In this document: positions 46,401-58,902 of the stretch, in pieces
Layout of the letters: the number at the start of each line of letters is the position of its first letter
Numbering within the stretch: the stretch's first letter is position 1
Assembly (NCBI GenBank): GCA_010909165.1
Contig: VJWM01000209.1
Coordinates: 269,411 to 333,410, forward strand
Reading direction: 5' to 3'
Source of the DNA: Anthoceros angustus
Taxonomy: Eukaryota > Plantae > Anthocerotophyta
Length of the DNA: 64,000 nt
Program-made: the position numbers and the translations under genes
Notes under the pieces: model-generated
Database searches by the model: none
Told to the model about the DNA's origin: nothing
The model's input: only the letters and a program-made list of their open reading frames with translations

Positions 46401-48609
46401 GCCAAGCAAGGACTGGAAAGGAGGTCCAAGAGGAGGAGCACCACAAGAAGGTGGTGCATGGATGTGGTGAGGAAGCGAAGATTTTGGCGATTATGCCCTT
46501 CGTGCAACTAGCCAACCAAAGGGAGTAAGGAGGAGAATGTAACCTCCATGTCAAGGTGGGGAATTGACCACAGAGATGCCTACAAGGTAGGTGTGAAGAT
46601 GGAGAGTGGCCCACTGAGATTGATGATCTCCAAATGCAATATCATAGCTTGGGGCTCACCTCCACAATAGATTTGAAGGCCAACAATGAGGTGTTGCTTG
46701 GCCAAGAGGAGGACAATTGGTCCTCATGATGATGATCAAGGAGCCAAAGTGCAGCCTGAGGCCTCGATTTTGATGAGGCCATCATGACATGGACTCCGAG
46801 GAACTGAGGAGTGGGAGATGAGGAGCGCCGTGGCACCAAGGGTGGAAGACGGAGAGCAAGGAGGGGGACAGCCCACCTCTGGGGTCCCACCACCAGTGAC
46901 CACCACGTAGTCCGCACCACCGCGGTAGACACCACACCGGTAGTCCGCGACTACCGGGGCAAGGGCCCAGGAGCCTGAGAGTCGAGGAGGCGGAGGATGA
47001 AGGGATCCGCAACACACCCCTGAGGAGACAGGAGGGAGACAACCCACCGAGGAGAGCAAGGACGGTCCACCTGGGAGGAAGGAAGGGTGAGAATTCCTCA
47101 CCCACGAATAAGGGAGGAAGGCCGGAGGAGTCCAGACGAAAAAAGGCCCGAGAGATTAGGGAGATCATGATTGGGGCAAATGGGGATGAAGACTTTGATG
47201 CTCTATGGTAGGTATGGACAAATCAAACAAGGCAAAGAGCAATGGAGATCTTGACCAGAAACCTCACCGACGCGAGGAAGGAAGGAAGGAGAAGAGACTA
47301 CCAGTAGAAGAGACGCCGGTAGAGACTACCGCGACGCCGCGCGGAGGGTGCGGATGAACGGGCGCTGCAGAGAGAAAGGCGCGGAGGGGCGCGATTGCCG
47401 GAGGAGAAATTGGGGCGCCACCTGGAGATGGAGGAAGGGGTGATTGTACTTGCCCCACACATTAGGAAGGCGACAAGATCCGGGGAAGGGACAGAGCAAA
47501 AGGAGGCGAGGAGCCAATCCACAAGGACATGTCACCAAAAGAGATAAGGACTAGAATGGTCAAAGACCATAAATGCTTTGGAGGAATAGAAGGATAGGTG
47601 TAGACCGACATCCTTTAAGGATGATCTTAGGTGAAGTTACTAGAATAGAATTTACCAAGGAATCGCATATTAGATTAGGTGCCATTAAATGTCGGTAGGA
47701 AATAATAGAATATTGGAAAAGGTGACTGCAGAGGGTCACCCAAGGGAGGTTGTATGTGGAAGGCCTCCTATAAGAGGAGGAGGATTTCACAAAGTAAAGT
47801 ATCATGTCTTGCGCCCACCCTCATCGAGTCCTTTGCCATTACAGGAATTTCGTGCGGCCGTGAGCCAACGCAGTCCTGTAGAGAGGAAGTCGCGGTGGTC
47901 TGAGTGCTTGGTGGAGGACTTGCTCTCGCAAGTGCCTAAACGAGTTGCCCTTGTGAATGGTTGTTGTGAAATTGCTTTGCTTTGGGTGTGTGGCAATGCC
48001 TGTGAACACTGGCTTGAGACCACTGGAAAGACTGAGGTGGCGCTCGAGTGGTGTGTCAAACTCACAGCAACCGCCCAAGGAAGAACTTGCCGGTGGAGGC
48101 CGACCCTGTGGCCAGCTGTAAAGCCGGAAGCCAAGAATCGAGGTTAGAATAGGAGGAAGAGGATGAGGAGATGAGAAGATGAGTAGAGGATTAGAGGTGT
48201 AGGTGTTAGTGGAAGGCCACAAAGAGCCTAAGGGACGAATCCCAACTGCAAGTAAAAGAGCCCCGAGTGGAGAAGAGTGGTCTTAGAAGTAGGGACGAAA
48301 TCGTGTGGACTGGGGTCCCGGCGCCGTGATAGGCTCTCGCCGAGGGTGACCTGCAATTGTGTTGTGTCGCTGTAGGTCGAGGATTGGTGATTTTCGAGCA
48401 AAAGGCAAGTGGTGCACCGAGAAGAGGGAGAGTAGAGGCGCCTTGCTTGTTTAGAAGGCCGAGAAGTTGTGTCTCGCAGTAGCGACGGGCATCACAAGAC
48501 CTCGAACTTTCACACAAGTCTCATGGGACGAAACCCAACGCATTTGCGGCTGGGATAAGTGTGGCCGCTATAGTGGGAGGACCTCGAGTGCCCCGGTTTT
48601 CCTACCACA
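43500..48609 (-). mobile_element. TGTGG-family element Y (about 5.1 kb, left end approximate)
   Basis: On the minus strand it starts TGTGGTAGG...CACTATA...GTTGGGTTTCGTC, matching the element start at 63922. It interrupts Tnp2 between the Transposase_21 and DVMH segments. No TSD found. Confidence 0.7.
44672..46530 (+). pseudogene. Accessory ORF of element Y: retrotransposon-associated plant-mobile-like domain followed by low-complexity and coiled-coil sequence
   Basis: ORF 44672-45172 (RVTEEML...RRVWK...GRKRI...KNGWKTDSIKELKWRLFAKIVLGLVNYQRTSYFG..FLQFL...G.KPD*), frameshifted PCYLSTYLVHLW, then Lys/Glu/Arg-rich ORF 46002-46304. The domain name is from memory. Confidence 0.5.
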
Positions 48610-50200
48610 TGCCGCCATACACGGCCCGCCTGCCCACGCTCGTCGGCGCAAGCCGCCCACCATTTATTTCCTCTCGCACCACGCCTTGCATGCATCGCGG
48701 CTAGCTCTCTTCCTGGCAAGTCAGGTTAGAAATGTCTACGAATCTTTGGCACAATTTTAATGGCGGTGGCCAACATATACAATTTTGGCCGAATGGGGCT
48801 CCAACGAGGCATAAGTTCTTGCCCACAATCAACACCGCCATGTATCCTCGACTGAATGCCCGAACAAATGTCCAGGAGCCGGATAGTCGCATGTCATTGA
48901 CAATTGCTGCCCATGAGACAAAAGTGGCGTGAAGCATCTCTCTCGGTCATGAGAATCGATCTGAGAATGCCTTGGAGCAAGTGCAAGTTCTTCCACGGGG
49001 TTGTAAGAAGTTGTCAGTTTTGGACTTGTTGAGGGCCGGTACAATCAAGCAGCAGGATGTGATTTTTCTTGGAGGACGACCAAGGAGGTAGTTATGAATC
49101 TGGAGAACAACCGGCCATATGGAATATGTGCTTGACCTATGCCCTCCAGGAGTTTATGCAAAATACATGGAAATTCCGAACGATGTTCCTCACTTCTTGT
49201 CAATTCGGCTGCTGTCAAAGGCCTCCCATGCCGGAGTGTCACCAAGATGCGGATGTGACCATCCGGTACGATTCACAGAATACCGGTCATGAGCTCTACA
49301 CTGTCCCAGGGGCACATGAAGGTCGTTTGAGGCGGTCCACAATTGGAAAGTAGAAGAGGGCTTTCCCGGGATGGGCGCCTTGCGAGGCACCGGCATGTGG
49401 CGCCTCCCACACCGTCCGCACACCAAATCCTGCGATGTTGCGCGGAAAATGCCACATCCTCGGACTGGCGTCAATCCGGCTGATGTGCCCGATCTTCAAC
49501 ATAGTAACTTGGGCTCCTTTCTTGGTGTCGGGAAAGGCAGGTTGCCGGTAGCAAAGAGTGTTGGCCAAGAGCTGGAAAAGCGCAGTCATGCTAGAATCTG
49601 ACCAGGAGAACCGGTCTTGAATGCTGAGGAGAGCCAAGATCGCAGTGAGCCGGGATGCCTTGCTGGTGGAAGGTGATTGAATATCCCACAATGGGGTGTT
49701 GGCTTCTATCGCCAAAGCCTCTTGCCATCGATTATCGACACCTGCCAGGAAGACTTCGGTTGCCTCACCTGGGTCCTCCTCACTACTCATATCACTAAGC
49801 ACCATGGTGCCTGTGCAGGCTGCTTCCATGAGGTCTTCCCATCGTCGTGTCACAGAGGGGGTGGAGGCAGACGGGAATTACTTGAGTGGGGGCCTTTTCG
49901 AGATGAGACCTCTGGCGGGTGAGTCACACATGCCCGCAGACCTTGGTCAATTTACGCACCATTTATTGGGGAAGCGGATAACTAGCGAGATATGCATCTT
50001 TGAAGGGTGGATGTTGCAATCAGCGGAGACAGCGCTTGAAGAAATGCATCCACTCTGGACATGGCGCTGATGAAATATCTCCTACGACACGCAGGTTGAG
50101 GAGCACACTCACGGGCGGGGACGATTAAATCGATGGAATACGCCTATAAGCGGACATAGCGCCATCGGCGCTGCAATTCTCACGTTGGGGGAGAGGCGAA
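48610..50200 (-). pseudogene. CACTA Tnp2 N-terminal part (transposase-associated region and Transposase_21)
   Basis: EANTPLW...SRLTAILALLSIQDRFSWSDSSMTALFQLLANTL...FPDTKKGA; FPCILHKLLEGI; LHATFVSWAAIVND; KIVYVGHRH. Confidence 0.88.
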
Positions 50201-50741
50201 GGAGGGATTCGGAACCTCCTAAAGATGAGAGCAGTTGGGCTTGTGCGAGGCACGCGGGTGTGACCGTCCGGGGCGCCTCGGCCTGCCCAGGTAATGCCGA
50301 CCGGCGGCCCGATTGCGTATGGAATGGGTGTTTGTGTCCGAAGGCGCAAGGAGGCCACATTTACCCTCTACGTCGTTATAGTCCTAGGATTCGATCCGAA
50401 GGGAATGGTTTTGTGTCAAGATGTTCTAAAACTATGGGTTCTAGCCCTATCACACCCAATCATTACTCCACCATGACCAGCTACCATGTCCGAACCCACC
50501 ACCGTGGTAGGCTCGGCCACCACCATGGTAATTCGATGCCCATTTGGTGATTCAACCACCGATGGGGACCCACCCATCCAGGTAGCGTATCTGGTGACTA
50601 TTTGACACCCAGTTCCTCTTGCGTGGCCTTAAGGGTTATGGTCACACACACACACAGATTCGCACGTACTCTAAGTCACACTCAGGGGTATTCGCCCCGA
50701 GAACTCACTGGTGGATACGTACCATGGCCACGCACGCCGCG

Positions 50742-53667
50742 TGTGAACAATCTAGACTCGGAAACCCCCTGTTGAAATGTGCCTTGAAGTGTTTTTTTTT
50801 GTTTTTTTGGTTAAGAATGGTGTGAAAATAAGTCGGGGTTGTGATGCGGCAAAGGTATTTATAGTAGAAATGTCCTTGGCCTATGGGGTTTTCGTGTTTA
50901 CATTTCTTAGATTAGATAATAAGTGGTCCGGTACTCGATGTTCCTTGGCCCATGGACTTGGATATCACTAAAAGTCTATATATGTGAGGTAGGGGTTGGC
51001 ATAGTGGGGTTTAGCCGGTCTATGAGCTAGAGTGGAAGCCCATGGGCGGTAGTTGGAAGGGTGAGAGGTTGCGGAATGGGATGACTGGGAGTCCGTGGCG
51101 GGCGATCTGAGGAAGAGAAATTTCCACCCGCAAGAAGAGGAAGGTGGCGGAGGCAGGCCTCGTGAAAAGGTGAAGGTGGGCGGCGTCACTAGGTGGCGGG
51201 CGCTTGTTGCGAAAATGAAATAAGCGGATTGAGGTGGCGGAAGAAGAGGCGCGGTCAGGAAGACAATTTCTTGACACGGATGCGGATGATGAACCAACTT
51301 GGAGGGATTAGGTACGACCTCGAGGCGGACCCCTCCTCGGCATGGGAAGAGATTTTCAAGGGACTACCGCAGCAGAGGTGGATCTGGGCCGAATTGGTGA
51401 GGGTCGCACCTTCTTGGGAAGAAGTGCTCGGCGGGGATGGCGTGTGGCAGGCCGCCACAACATGTGGTTGCGGGACCACATCAATGATCCGGGCCCAAGC
51501 GGATGTTAGATCAAGCGGCCTTGGCTCTCACATGGCTCGGTGTGCAAGGCGGTAGCGAGGAAGTGGTGAAGGCAGGTTTGTGAAGAGGAGGCCAAGCGCA
51601 AACTGGAGGAAGACAAGCGGGCCCTAGAAATAAGGGCCAAGATTCGGGAGGAGTTGTAGGCTCGGGAGAAGTTGCGAGGCCATGTCGAGTCGGCATGAGC
51701 TCATGGCTCAAATTAAGGATGCCCAGAGACAAACGGGAGATGTGGGGAGTTGTTGCGAGCCGGGAGGCGAGGCGGCCTCGGTGGAAGGCCCATGGCTGGG
51801 CGGAATGGTATAAGCAGGCGGGATGAGGCACGTGGCGAGCCAGAAAGGACAAAGGAAAGGGGAGCGGTGGCGGGACCCACGGCGGGGAGTGGAAGGAACT
51901 CTGAAGGAAAGGAAGCGACCAAGTGGCAGAAACCTACCGGGTTCTTTGAGCAGGGCAGCGGTGGAGTCCACTACTGCGGTGGTGGCTGCTACCACGTGGC
52001 CCAACTCAGGCGGCCATGAGGCGGAGGCGGCGTGGCACCCATGAGGACATGGACGGGCAACCAGTGTAGCCTACGGGAGGAGGGTAAGCACCTCGGCTCA
52101 GGGAGGTCCTATTATGTTGCGGCCATGGATGAGGAAACTTATGTTCCGGTCTATATGTAGATGGGGGCAGTGCTTAACTTCCTTGTCCATGTGCGTGTGG
52201 AAATAGGAGGATCGGGCCTACCTCACAAGTGAGGACTCAAGTGGATACTTCTACTTTGCACCCAGTGTGGGGTTGGCCCCTATTATCGGAGGCGACTTTG
52301 GAGGAGTTAAGTGAGGAGGAGGTCCGGGCTTGGGTGGACGAGGAACCGGTAATAATCCTCGGCAATGGCGGCAAGCGGAAGATCGGAAGCTTGAGGCGGT
52401 ATGCCCCCAATTAGGGGCGTCCAGCGAGCGGTGAGGTGGAAGTCTTGTGGGAAAACACAGCCGGATCGTGGCGTGGCGGGAGGGCTCGTGGCGGCAGCGG
52501 AGGACGGGCAGGCGGACAAGTCGGGGAAGAGATGGCGTAGGCAAATAGGTGATAGCATCCTAGGAATGGAATTTGGTTAGGATGCCACACTGGACCTAAG
52601 ATCGCTCCATTGTAGCGTCTCCTCACGATAGCCGTTTTAGGACCTGAAAGGGGGCGGGGGTCGGGGCAGCCCGGTGATGTATAAGAGGCGAATTATGCCT
52701 CCTTCACAGCGAGATAATTTACGGTTGAGATCCCCATCTTGCCTTGGTGGTTGGGCGATCCAATTAGCCGGAGGCGGGGGCGAGATGCTCTATGGATGGT
52801 GAGAGCTTGCTCTGCTGTTGGAGGAGGAAAGGCGATAGGCGCTCTTGGCGACAAAGGGAGGGAACCAAGGGATTGGCGGGCGGGTGGTGGAGCTTGCTCG
52901 TAACGCGCTTTCTTTGTGGCATGGGTTTCTCTTCCTTCGCTTCTTTCCACATTGGTTGTGTTTTGAAATTGAGAGGAGGCGTGTGTGCGTGATGGATGCA
53001 GGACGGAGAGAAAGGGAGGCGGATCGGATGAAGGAGAGATTAAAGTCTGCTGCGATCACGAGGTGCTAAATCGTGAGTGAGGAGGAAGAAGAAGCAGTGG
53101 AGGTTCTGGTCGGGTGATGCGTGAAATCGCGAATTGGGTGGGTCTGTCGAAGAAGTGCGCATGGACAAGTGTTTCTGGAGGAAATAAGGCAACGTGGCGC
53201 CCTTGTGTGTGTGTGCATGTGTGTGGATTGAGTGTGGGGAGGCCTAGGAATTTCCAGTGTCAAGAATCGGTCTGGGCATAGTGTCTGGGAGGTAGAGTAA
53301 CATCCAGACTACGGTGAGCCAACCCGTACCGAGACGAGTGGCGCGCCGAGCCAGATCATTAGGGTTTTGTGTGGGTCCCACCTTGGTAGTTGTAACAACT
53401 ACAGTAGTGACCGGACTCTGCGCTGCGAGGTGGGAAGCAGTCGAGGGTTAGACTGGGGGGTTGGAGAGGTCAGGGGGTAGTCGTAGTTGAGGAGATAGGT
53501 AGAGGAGTAATAGCAGGTAAGTCCTGACTTAGGTGAAGGCCAGTAGCGATAGAAGTTAGCGTACCTTGGCACAAACCATTCCCTTGGGAGCGAATCCCAG
53601 GACTACAATAACATTGAGGGTGAATGTGGACCTCACCGTGTCTCAGGACACGAGTTTACACCCCACA
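50742..53667 (-). mobile_element. TGTGG-family solo-LTR-like element X2 (2926 bp)
   Basis: TGT...ACA ends; perfect 5 bp TSD CCGCG at 50737-50741 and 53668-53672; reverse complement collinear with X1 apart from a ~1 kb deletion at CACGAC. Confidence 0.9.
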
Positions 53668-53976
53668 CCGCGGCGCCTCACTCCGTCCCTGACTCGCTCT
53701 GCCCCCCCCAATTTATTTCCAACCTTCCTCAGCGTTCCGCGTTTTCCAGACTCTCGTGCCCACCACTTCCTAGACTCCTCCTCACTGGCACTCCTCCACC
53801 CCTTTCTTCCCGGACCTCATACACCACCGCGCACAAAGATGTTCCCAGATCCTCCTCTCTCGGGCCACCAGCCTCTAAGTGGGCCACCTGAGACCCTCCT
53901 TGGGCCACGGACCCCTCCTCGGGCCACACGGACCTCACCTTGGGCCACCTGGACCCCTCCTTGGGCCACCACAGGA

Positions 53977-56900
53977 TGTAAAATTAAAGCCCAATGTGCT
54001 TGAACTAATACACTTAGTCTAAGTTAGGTGTCGGTTAAGTATCATTAGTTTAGCTTAAGCTAATCACTAGGAAGCTTCTTGTGCTCCTTCCTAGGAGCTT
54101 CTTGTGGAGCTTCCTAGGGAGCCTATTGGAGGGTATAAATACCCTCCAAGCCTCATCTCAATGTGAGAGAGCTACTCTTGCCTCCTCCTCTCCTCTCCTC
54201 TTTCCACCAGCATGGCTGCCCCACGATCCTTCAACTGGTATCAGAGCCATGGTTTGGTTGTGTTGTGATGCTAGAATTTTCTAGGCTGCGGCGACTCGTG
54301 GGCAGTGATCCGAGATCGCGGCGGAGCGCTGCGCCCGCGGCGGGTGGTGAGGCGCCCGCGACCGCGCGGCGGCCGCACGGCGGAGGCCTGCGGCACGGCG
54401 GGCGCGGCGCGAGGGCGGCGCGGCCGCGGGAAGCGGGCCGGGCCGCGAGCCATCAGGCCGGCCAGGCCGCAGCGCGGCCGGCCCGGGCCGGGCCGGCCCG
54501 GCCGGCGGCGCCGCGGCCCGCGCCGCGGCGCGCGCGCCGAGCCGCCAGGCGCGGGCCGCCCGAGCCAGCGGGGCGCGCGGCCGCCAGGCGCGCCGCCGCC
54601 CCGGCCCAGAGGCCGGCCGCGAGCCCAGCAGGCGCGCGGCGCCCGCGCGGCGCCGAGCCCGCCAGGCGCGGGCCCGAGCGCCCAGCCGGGCCAGCGCGGG
54701 CGCAGCGCCGCCCGCAGCCGATGCGCCCGGCGCAGCCGGCGCGCCGCGCGCGGCCGGCCGGCAGCGGCGCGCGTGCCGGCGTGCGGCCGTCGGGTGGGCG
54801 TGGCGCGGTGGCGTCGGTAGCGCCCGTGGTGTGGCGGCGGCGCGCGGAGCAGTGGGGTGAGCGGGGCGGTGGCGAAAATTAGTCGAGCGATTGGCGGATT
54901 ACTCGTGGAATCAGCGGCAAAATACACGGACCGTGATTTTCTTCTTTGACTTTTCTAACAAGGCGAGTTGAGTGTTTAATCATATCGATTTTTGAGTCAT
55001 GATGTCTTCATCGTGCGTCATGTTCAATATCGAGAAGTTAGATGGTACTAACTTCCCGTTGGAAAGAACAAGTGTATAATGTTCTAGTGCGAAAAGCGGA
55101 TCAAGCCCATAAAGTTGTTAGGCGTCAAACCGGATAGTATGACTCGGGATGAGTGGCGGGACTGGATGAGCTTGCTAGATCTACTATCATGCTAACATTG
55201 TCAAAAGCGGTGTACTTCAATGTGAAAGATAAGACCACGAGTTACGGATGGCGGTATGTGACACAGATGAGAAGCAAAGTGCGGCTTCTCGGTGTATTGG
55301 TTGAAAGCGGTGGTGGACTTGAAGATGAAGGAAGGGGAGGATGTCCGATCATCGAATGATTTCAATACCATTTTCAGCCACTCTCATCTCAAGGTATCAC
55401 GTTGTTGTGAGAGCTATGTTTTATTGGTCACATTACGGAGTTGGGACACCTGCGCTCACGAGTAATTGCCTTTGCTAGTGGTCTTACCATTGTAAATGTA
55501 GAAGGTAGCACATTGGCGAGGAGGTGAGCAGGAAAAACATGGAACCTTCAAAGGTTCCGGTGCCCTCATAGTGAGAGGGAGGTCCGCTGCGAAGGGAAGC
55601 AAGCGGACGGAAGCTTCTCTCGTAGCAAATCTCGTAGTCGTAACAAGAATGTGGAGTGTCACTATTGTCACAAAGGGTCACTTCAAAAGAGTGCGAGAAG
55701 TTCAAAAGGACCAAGGAAAAGAGAAGAAGCGGGGGAGAAGGCGACTTAAATGCATCGAGTTGGAAGAGTTAAACTACATTGAGGACGGAGATGTCCTTAT
55801 CTCTTCTTACTTGAATCTTTGCACAATTAACGCCGTGGATAGTCATTTATTACGCAATTGGATAATTGACTGGTGCATCTTTCCATGTTACTCCTCATAG
55901 AGTGGTTTAGCGTATGATGCTACAAGGAAAGGATCGTTAGGCTTGGAAATAACTATGCATGCGGATCGCGCGTGGGTGATGTGCAACTCAAGTTTGACAA
56001 CGGATCTTCATTCATCTTTGAAGGGCGTTAGGCATGTTCGAAGTTGACAAAGAGCATGATTAGCGCGGGGCGGTTGGATGATCTTTGGTTACTTCTGGTT
56101 TGGGGATCACTCTTGGAAGATCTCCAAAGGTTCTCTTGTGTTAGCTCGTGGATCGAAGTGTGGCACTTTGTACTCACTTGGTGTAAACTTCAGATCATGT
56201 GATCGTGTGACAGAGCGACCAAATGTTTCCTTGTGGCATTGCGGTTAGGACATATGTCTCGAGAAGGGAATGAAGGTTTTATCTAGATTACGGTTATATC
56301 CATTTCTTAACTTCTCGATCTCTCGATGTGTGAGCCTTTGTTTATATGGGAAAGGACAAAATCATCACATCGAACACGGTAAAAGTAAGTAAACCTCTTG
56401 AGTTGGTTCACGGATGTATGTGGACCTATGCCTCTCTTCATCATTAGGCGGTGCCTCTATTTTGTCACTTTCATAGATGATTTCTCACGCAAGGTGTGGG
56501 TTTATCCTTTGAGGAAAAAGGATGAAGTTACGGTGTTTGAAATTTGTCACCCTTGTAGAGAATCGATCAGCCACCGATTGAAGTGTCTAAGGGCGGATAA
56601 TGGTGGAAGTATGTTTAGCTTTCCGGTCATTAGATTCCAAGGGAATCAAAGAGAATTATTGCTATATCTCCTCCACAAAATGGTGTGGGTGGCGGATGAA
56701 ACAGAACCATTCGAGGAGAGGATCGTAGTTTGTTGTCAAACTACGGATTGCCTAATGGGTTTTGGGCGAGCGATGTCTCTGCATTCATCTTATTGATCTC
56801 CTAATAAAATGTTGATGGAGTTCGAGCTATAGTGCGGAAAGAAACCATCCTACAAGCATCTGCGAGTGTTTGGTTGTGAGGCATCTTGCCATGTTCCAAA

Positions 56901-58902
56901 AGAGTTTCGGGACAAGTTGGCACCTAAGTCCAAGAAATGTATTTTTCTTGGCTATGGTGATTACGGTGAGATGGGATACCGTTTGTGGGATCCGAGGCTA
57001 GAAAGGTTGTTCGTACTAACGGCGTGTTCTTCAATGAGAACAAGATGCACGAAGCCTACTCCAAGTGGAGGTGCGAAGGGTGATCTTCAAGAAGATGGAC
57101 ATGATCATCATGGGCGGGTTGATAGTAATGCGAGCACATTCCTCCACCGATGAACCAAGAGTCGAACAAGCTCCTATAGAGGTGCACGGCCCGTGGGTCG
57201 AGGCGGATTACGACCTCGGCGGTATGATCCATCTCTGGATTATGTTATGTGACAGTTGTGGGAACCCTCTTCTTACAAAGAGGCTCATCAACGAGTAACA
57301 AAGTGGGAGAAGGCCATGCGATCGAAATGAATTGCGCATAAGAACCAAACTTGGGAGTTGGTTAGTTGCCTAAGGATAAGAAGGCACTCGTGCAAATGGG
57401 TGTACAAGATGAAGGTCATAGCTTGATGGCAAACCAAAGTACAAGGCCGATTGGTTGCTAAGGGTTTCAAGCAACAACAGGCATTGACTTTGATGAGATT
57501 TTCTCACCGAGTCAAAATGACAACTGCGATGTGTTCTTGCTTTGGTTGCGAGGATGATATGGAACTTATGCGGATGGATGTCAAGGCGGCATTCTTGCAT
57601 GGTGACCTTCAAGAGGCGTCTACATGACAACGGAAGGTTTTGTTGAGAAGGGCAAAGAGCATCGGTGTGCGAGGTTGAGGAAGAGCCTTTATGGTTTGAA
57701 ACGGGCACCAGTGGTATCACAAGTTCCACTCATTTATGCTTTCTCAAGGCTACAAGCGTGGCGATGAGGATCATTGCCTCTATCTGAAGCAAGCTAAGGA
57801 TCAAAGCTTGCTCATTTTGATCCTCTATGTGGATGATATGCTAATTCTTTGGAGCGATCTTGATGAGATTTTTGAAGTCAAAGTTGAATGCTCACTTTGA
57901 AATGACAGACTTGGGAGGCGAGCCATATACTTGGCATGCGTATTCGTCGGAGCAGACATAGCGTGCTTTATTTGTCTCGACGGAATACATTAACGAGGTG
58001 CTTCAACGTTTCAACATGGAGAAGGGAAGCCATTGGGTACTCCATTGCCTCCATATGTGAAACTTTCAAGCGCGGATTGCCCAAGCTACGAGGAGGACAA
58101 AATGAAATGGAGAAGGTCCCATACTCATCAGTAGGGAGTTTGATGTATGCAATGATTGCTACGTCGACATTGCCTTTGCGGTGGGAGTGGTTAGCGAGTT
58201 TATGTCAAACCACCCAAGAAGCATTGGGAGGCGATAAAAGGAGTTATGAGGTATCCGAATGGTACAAAAGCTTTGTGCATATGTTTTGGTAGTGAAGATG
58301 CATGTGGTTGGGTACGAGATCTCGATTATCGAGGATATGGACAAAAGGAGGTCCACATCGGTTATGTCTTCACGTGCCTTTGGAGGCGGTCTCATGGCGA
58401 TCTCGTTTGCGATCGTGCATTCGCTATCTACCACAGGCCGAGTATGTTGCGACAGCGGGGCTTGCAAGGAAGCCATATGGCTTGCTCGTTTAGTGGGAGA
58501 CTTGGGGATCAAGGTTGTGCCGGTGTTGCATTGTGATAGCAGTGCTATCAATTGGCAAAGAATCCGATGTTTCATGCGAAGACTAAACATGTGGATGTGA
58601 AGTATCACTTCATTCGAGAGGTGTTGGACGACGAGGGTACAACTTGTCAAGGTTCACAGGCGAACCCTAGATATTCTTACCAAGGGACTCTCTAGACAAT
58701 TTGCACAAGCTCGGACACGATGGGCATGAGATAGTCCATTCTCCTGAAGGTAAATTGGCCTTTAAGTGGGAGGTTGTAAGGGTATTAAAGCCCAATGTAC
58801 TTAGACTAATACACTTAGTCTAAGTTAGGTGTCGATTAAGTATCATTAGTTTAGCTTAAGCTAATCACTAGGAAGCTTCTTGTGCTCCTTCTGGGAGCTT
58901 CT
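53977..58902 (+). mobile_element. Ty1/copia element (Copia-3), near full-length, 3' LTR truncated
   Basis: 5' LTR 53977-54233 (TGTAAA...CCTTCA, TATAAATA inside); PBS TGGTATCAGAGC at 54236-54247; polypurine tract AAGTGGGAGG at 58764-58773; 3' LTR starts 58775 and matches the first ~130 bp only; flanks CAGGA / (T)AGGA. Confidence 0.93.
55010..58730 (+). pseudogene. Copia-3 gag-pol (gag, zinc knuckle, protease, integrase, RT, RNase H), heavily frameshifted
   Basis: FNIEKLDGTNF; CHYCHKKGH-type knuckle near 55655; WIID..ASFH; DVCGP...YFVTFIDDFSRKVWVY; HLRVFGC; (Q>R)MDVK; LYVDD; HVDVKYHFIRE. Confidence 0.9.

Noticed and set aside
54163-54927. Three long overlapping Arg/Ala/Pro/Gly ORFs
   Set aside because: Stop codons are absent simply because the tract is almost all G/C. 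It lies in the Copia leader between the PBS and gag.
55010-58730. ADAR-like A-to-I hypermutation as the cause of CAG>CGG
   Set aside because: The change also occurs as CTG>CCG (opposite strand) and as single-base deletions, and land plants are not known to have ADARs.
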